From Saccostrea cucullata (taxonomy: Eukaryota): a stretch of 64,000 nucleotides of DNA. The stretch's first letter is position 1. Each line of letters starts with the position of its first letter. Under the pieces are notes generated by a model. The model made no database searches. It saw only the letters and a list, made by a program, of their open reading frames with translations, and had not been told where the DNA came from. Shown one piece after another: positions 63,201 to 64,000 of this stretch. The stretch is taken from assembly GCF_032062105.1 (NCBI RefSeq), contig NW_026927146.1, forward strand, positions 62,001-126,000. The letters run 5' to 3'. The position numbers and the translations under genes were made by a program.

Positions 63201-63899
63201 CACTCATAAAAAAAATAATTCTCGTTTAAATTCCTCAATGAATCTTTTTTGTCCTGTATTCCTAGAAAAGATGCCACAAAAGTAATGATCCTGCTCACGG
63301 ATGGAAAATCCAAAAATAAAACTTTGACAGCCAAAGAGGCCAACAGAACAAAGTGAGAACACATGAAAAAAAAAACAAACAAACAAAGGCGTTCAGTATT
63401 GTTGCGTTGTCATTTTTCTTCCTTATTTAATTAAACATGAGGATGCGATTTTAAAAAGTCTTAGAACAACTAGATTGAGGTGCTGAAACGTTTATTGTTA
63501 CTGCAGTTGATTATTTTTGAAAATAGAGGAAAAAACAGAACCTCAATGCAAGTGTGTATACATGCCCCTTTAAGAGTCATTTGTAATATTTACAATATTT
63601 AACTGAGTGTATAAAAACCCAATAAACTACGACTCCATAGTACGGTATCGGAAAAGCTGAGAAGATAATAACTCATCTATTAAAAAAATGAAAATTTCAA
63701 TCTCAAGGAGAGAAAAAATATACATTTTTTCCCTACAGGTCTGAAGGCGTATCCATTTTCGTGATCGGCATAGGTAATGTTGACAGGGAGGAAATAACCT
63801 CTGCAGCCTCGGAGCCGACTTGTGTTCACGTGTTTATGTTACAGGGGTTTTCGGGAATTAACAATATTCTGTACGATGTCAGAAGACGATCTTGTAAAG
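60206..63899 (+). CDS. Secreted protein: N-terminal putative lysozyme-like domain plus von Willebrand factor A domain (3' end beyond window)
   Basis: Exons 60206-60454, 60554-60827, 62200-62417, 63045-63136, 63266-63352 and 63739-63899 are GT-AG and phase-consistent. Signal peptide present. vWA motifs: DLVFVVDESTSIG (MIDAS DxSxS), RVGLVKF, GGT, KVMILLTDG and IFVIGIG. The last exon ends in a donor. Confidence 0.88.
62770..62910 (-). mobile_element. SINE-like repeat fragment in a vWA gene intron
   Basis: The reverse strand reads tatgaccttaaaaacgtaggtcccgtgtcacggtaggcgttggcacga, a motif I associate with bivalve SINE bodies. Confidence 0.5.
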
Positions 63900-64000
63900 G
63901 TAAAATATATTGACGTCATTTACATAAATAGCATGGGGGTCACGGTGGATGTGACGTGTCGATAGGGAAATTATGCTCCTTCTAGGCACCTGATCCCATT

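Noticed and set aside
826-63899. Functional cluster of secreted glycan/ester hydrolases (carboxylesterase, SIAE, GH27, lysozyme-like)
   Set aside because: The genes are tens of kb apart on different strands and separated by unrelated genes and transposons. There is no evidence of co-regulation from sequence alone.

Overview
This is AT-rich, intron-rich animal genomic DNA. The repeat families and gene types suggest a bivalve, most likely a Crassostrea/Magallana oyster (inference). By reading GT-AG junctions and intron phases by hand I reconstructed six genes. (1) A secreted type-B carboxylesterase (-, 826-3840, 4 exons, 540 aa). (2) Sialate O-acetylesterase SIAE (-, 8728-14714, 9 exons, 496 aa). 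(3) A 1591-aa STAND NTPase with about 30 ankyrin repeats, encoded in one coding exon (-, 32156-36931). (4) An 84-aa two-exon secreted prepropeptide missed by the ORF track (+, 45985-47582). (5) A GH27 alpha-galactosidase/NAGA-family gene (+, 49567-52593, 7 coding exons, 406 aa). (6) The 5' part of a secreted protein with a putative lysozyme-like domain plus a vWA domain (+, from 60206, running off the window). The mobile DNA is rich. An 8.7-kb foldback-like DNA element (22998-31689) has ~700-bp terminal inverted repeats (TIRs) carrying ~33 copies of the palindrome GAGGAACGTTCCTC and contains decayed exon-like cargo. It sits inside a Helentron-type non-autonomous element, which itself truncates the decayed tail of the ankyrin array. 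There is also a Tc1 transposase relic, several MITEs (hAT-like, Kolobok-like, pogo-like, 8-bp-TSD) and one assembly gap. The strongest candidates for undescribed biology are the small cationic disulfide prepropeptide, the palindrome-array foldback element and the apparently effector-less STAND-ankyrin receptor. All family assignments come from motif recognition; no database search was run.
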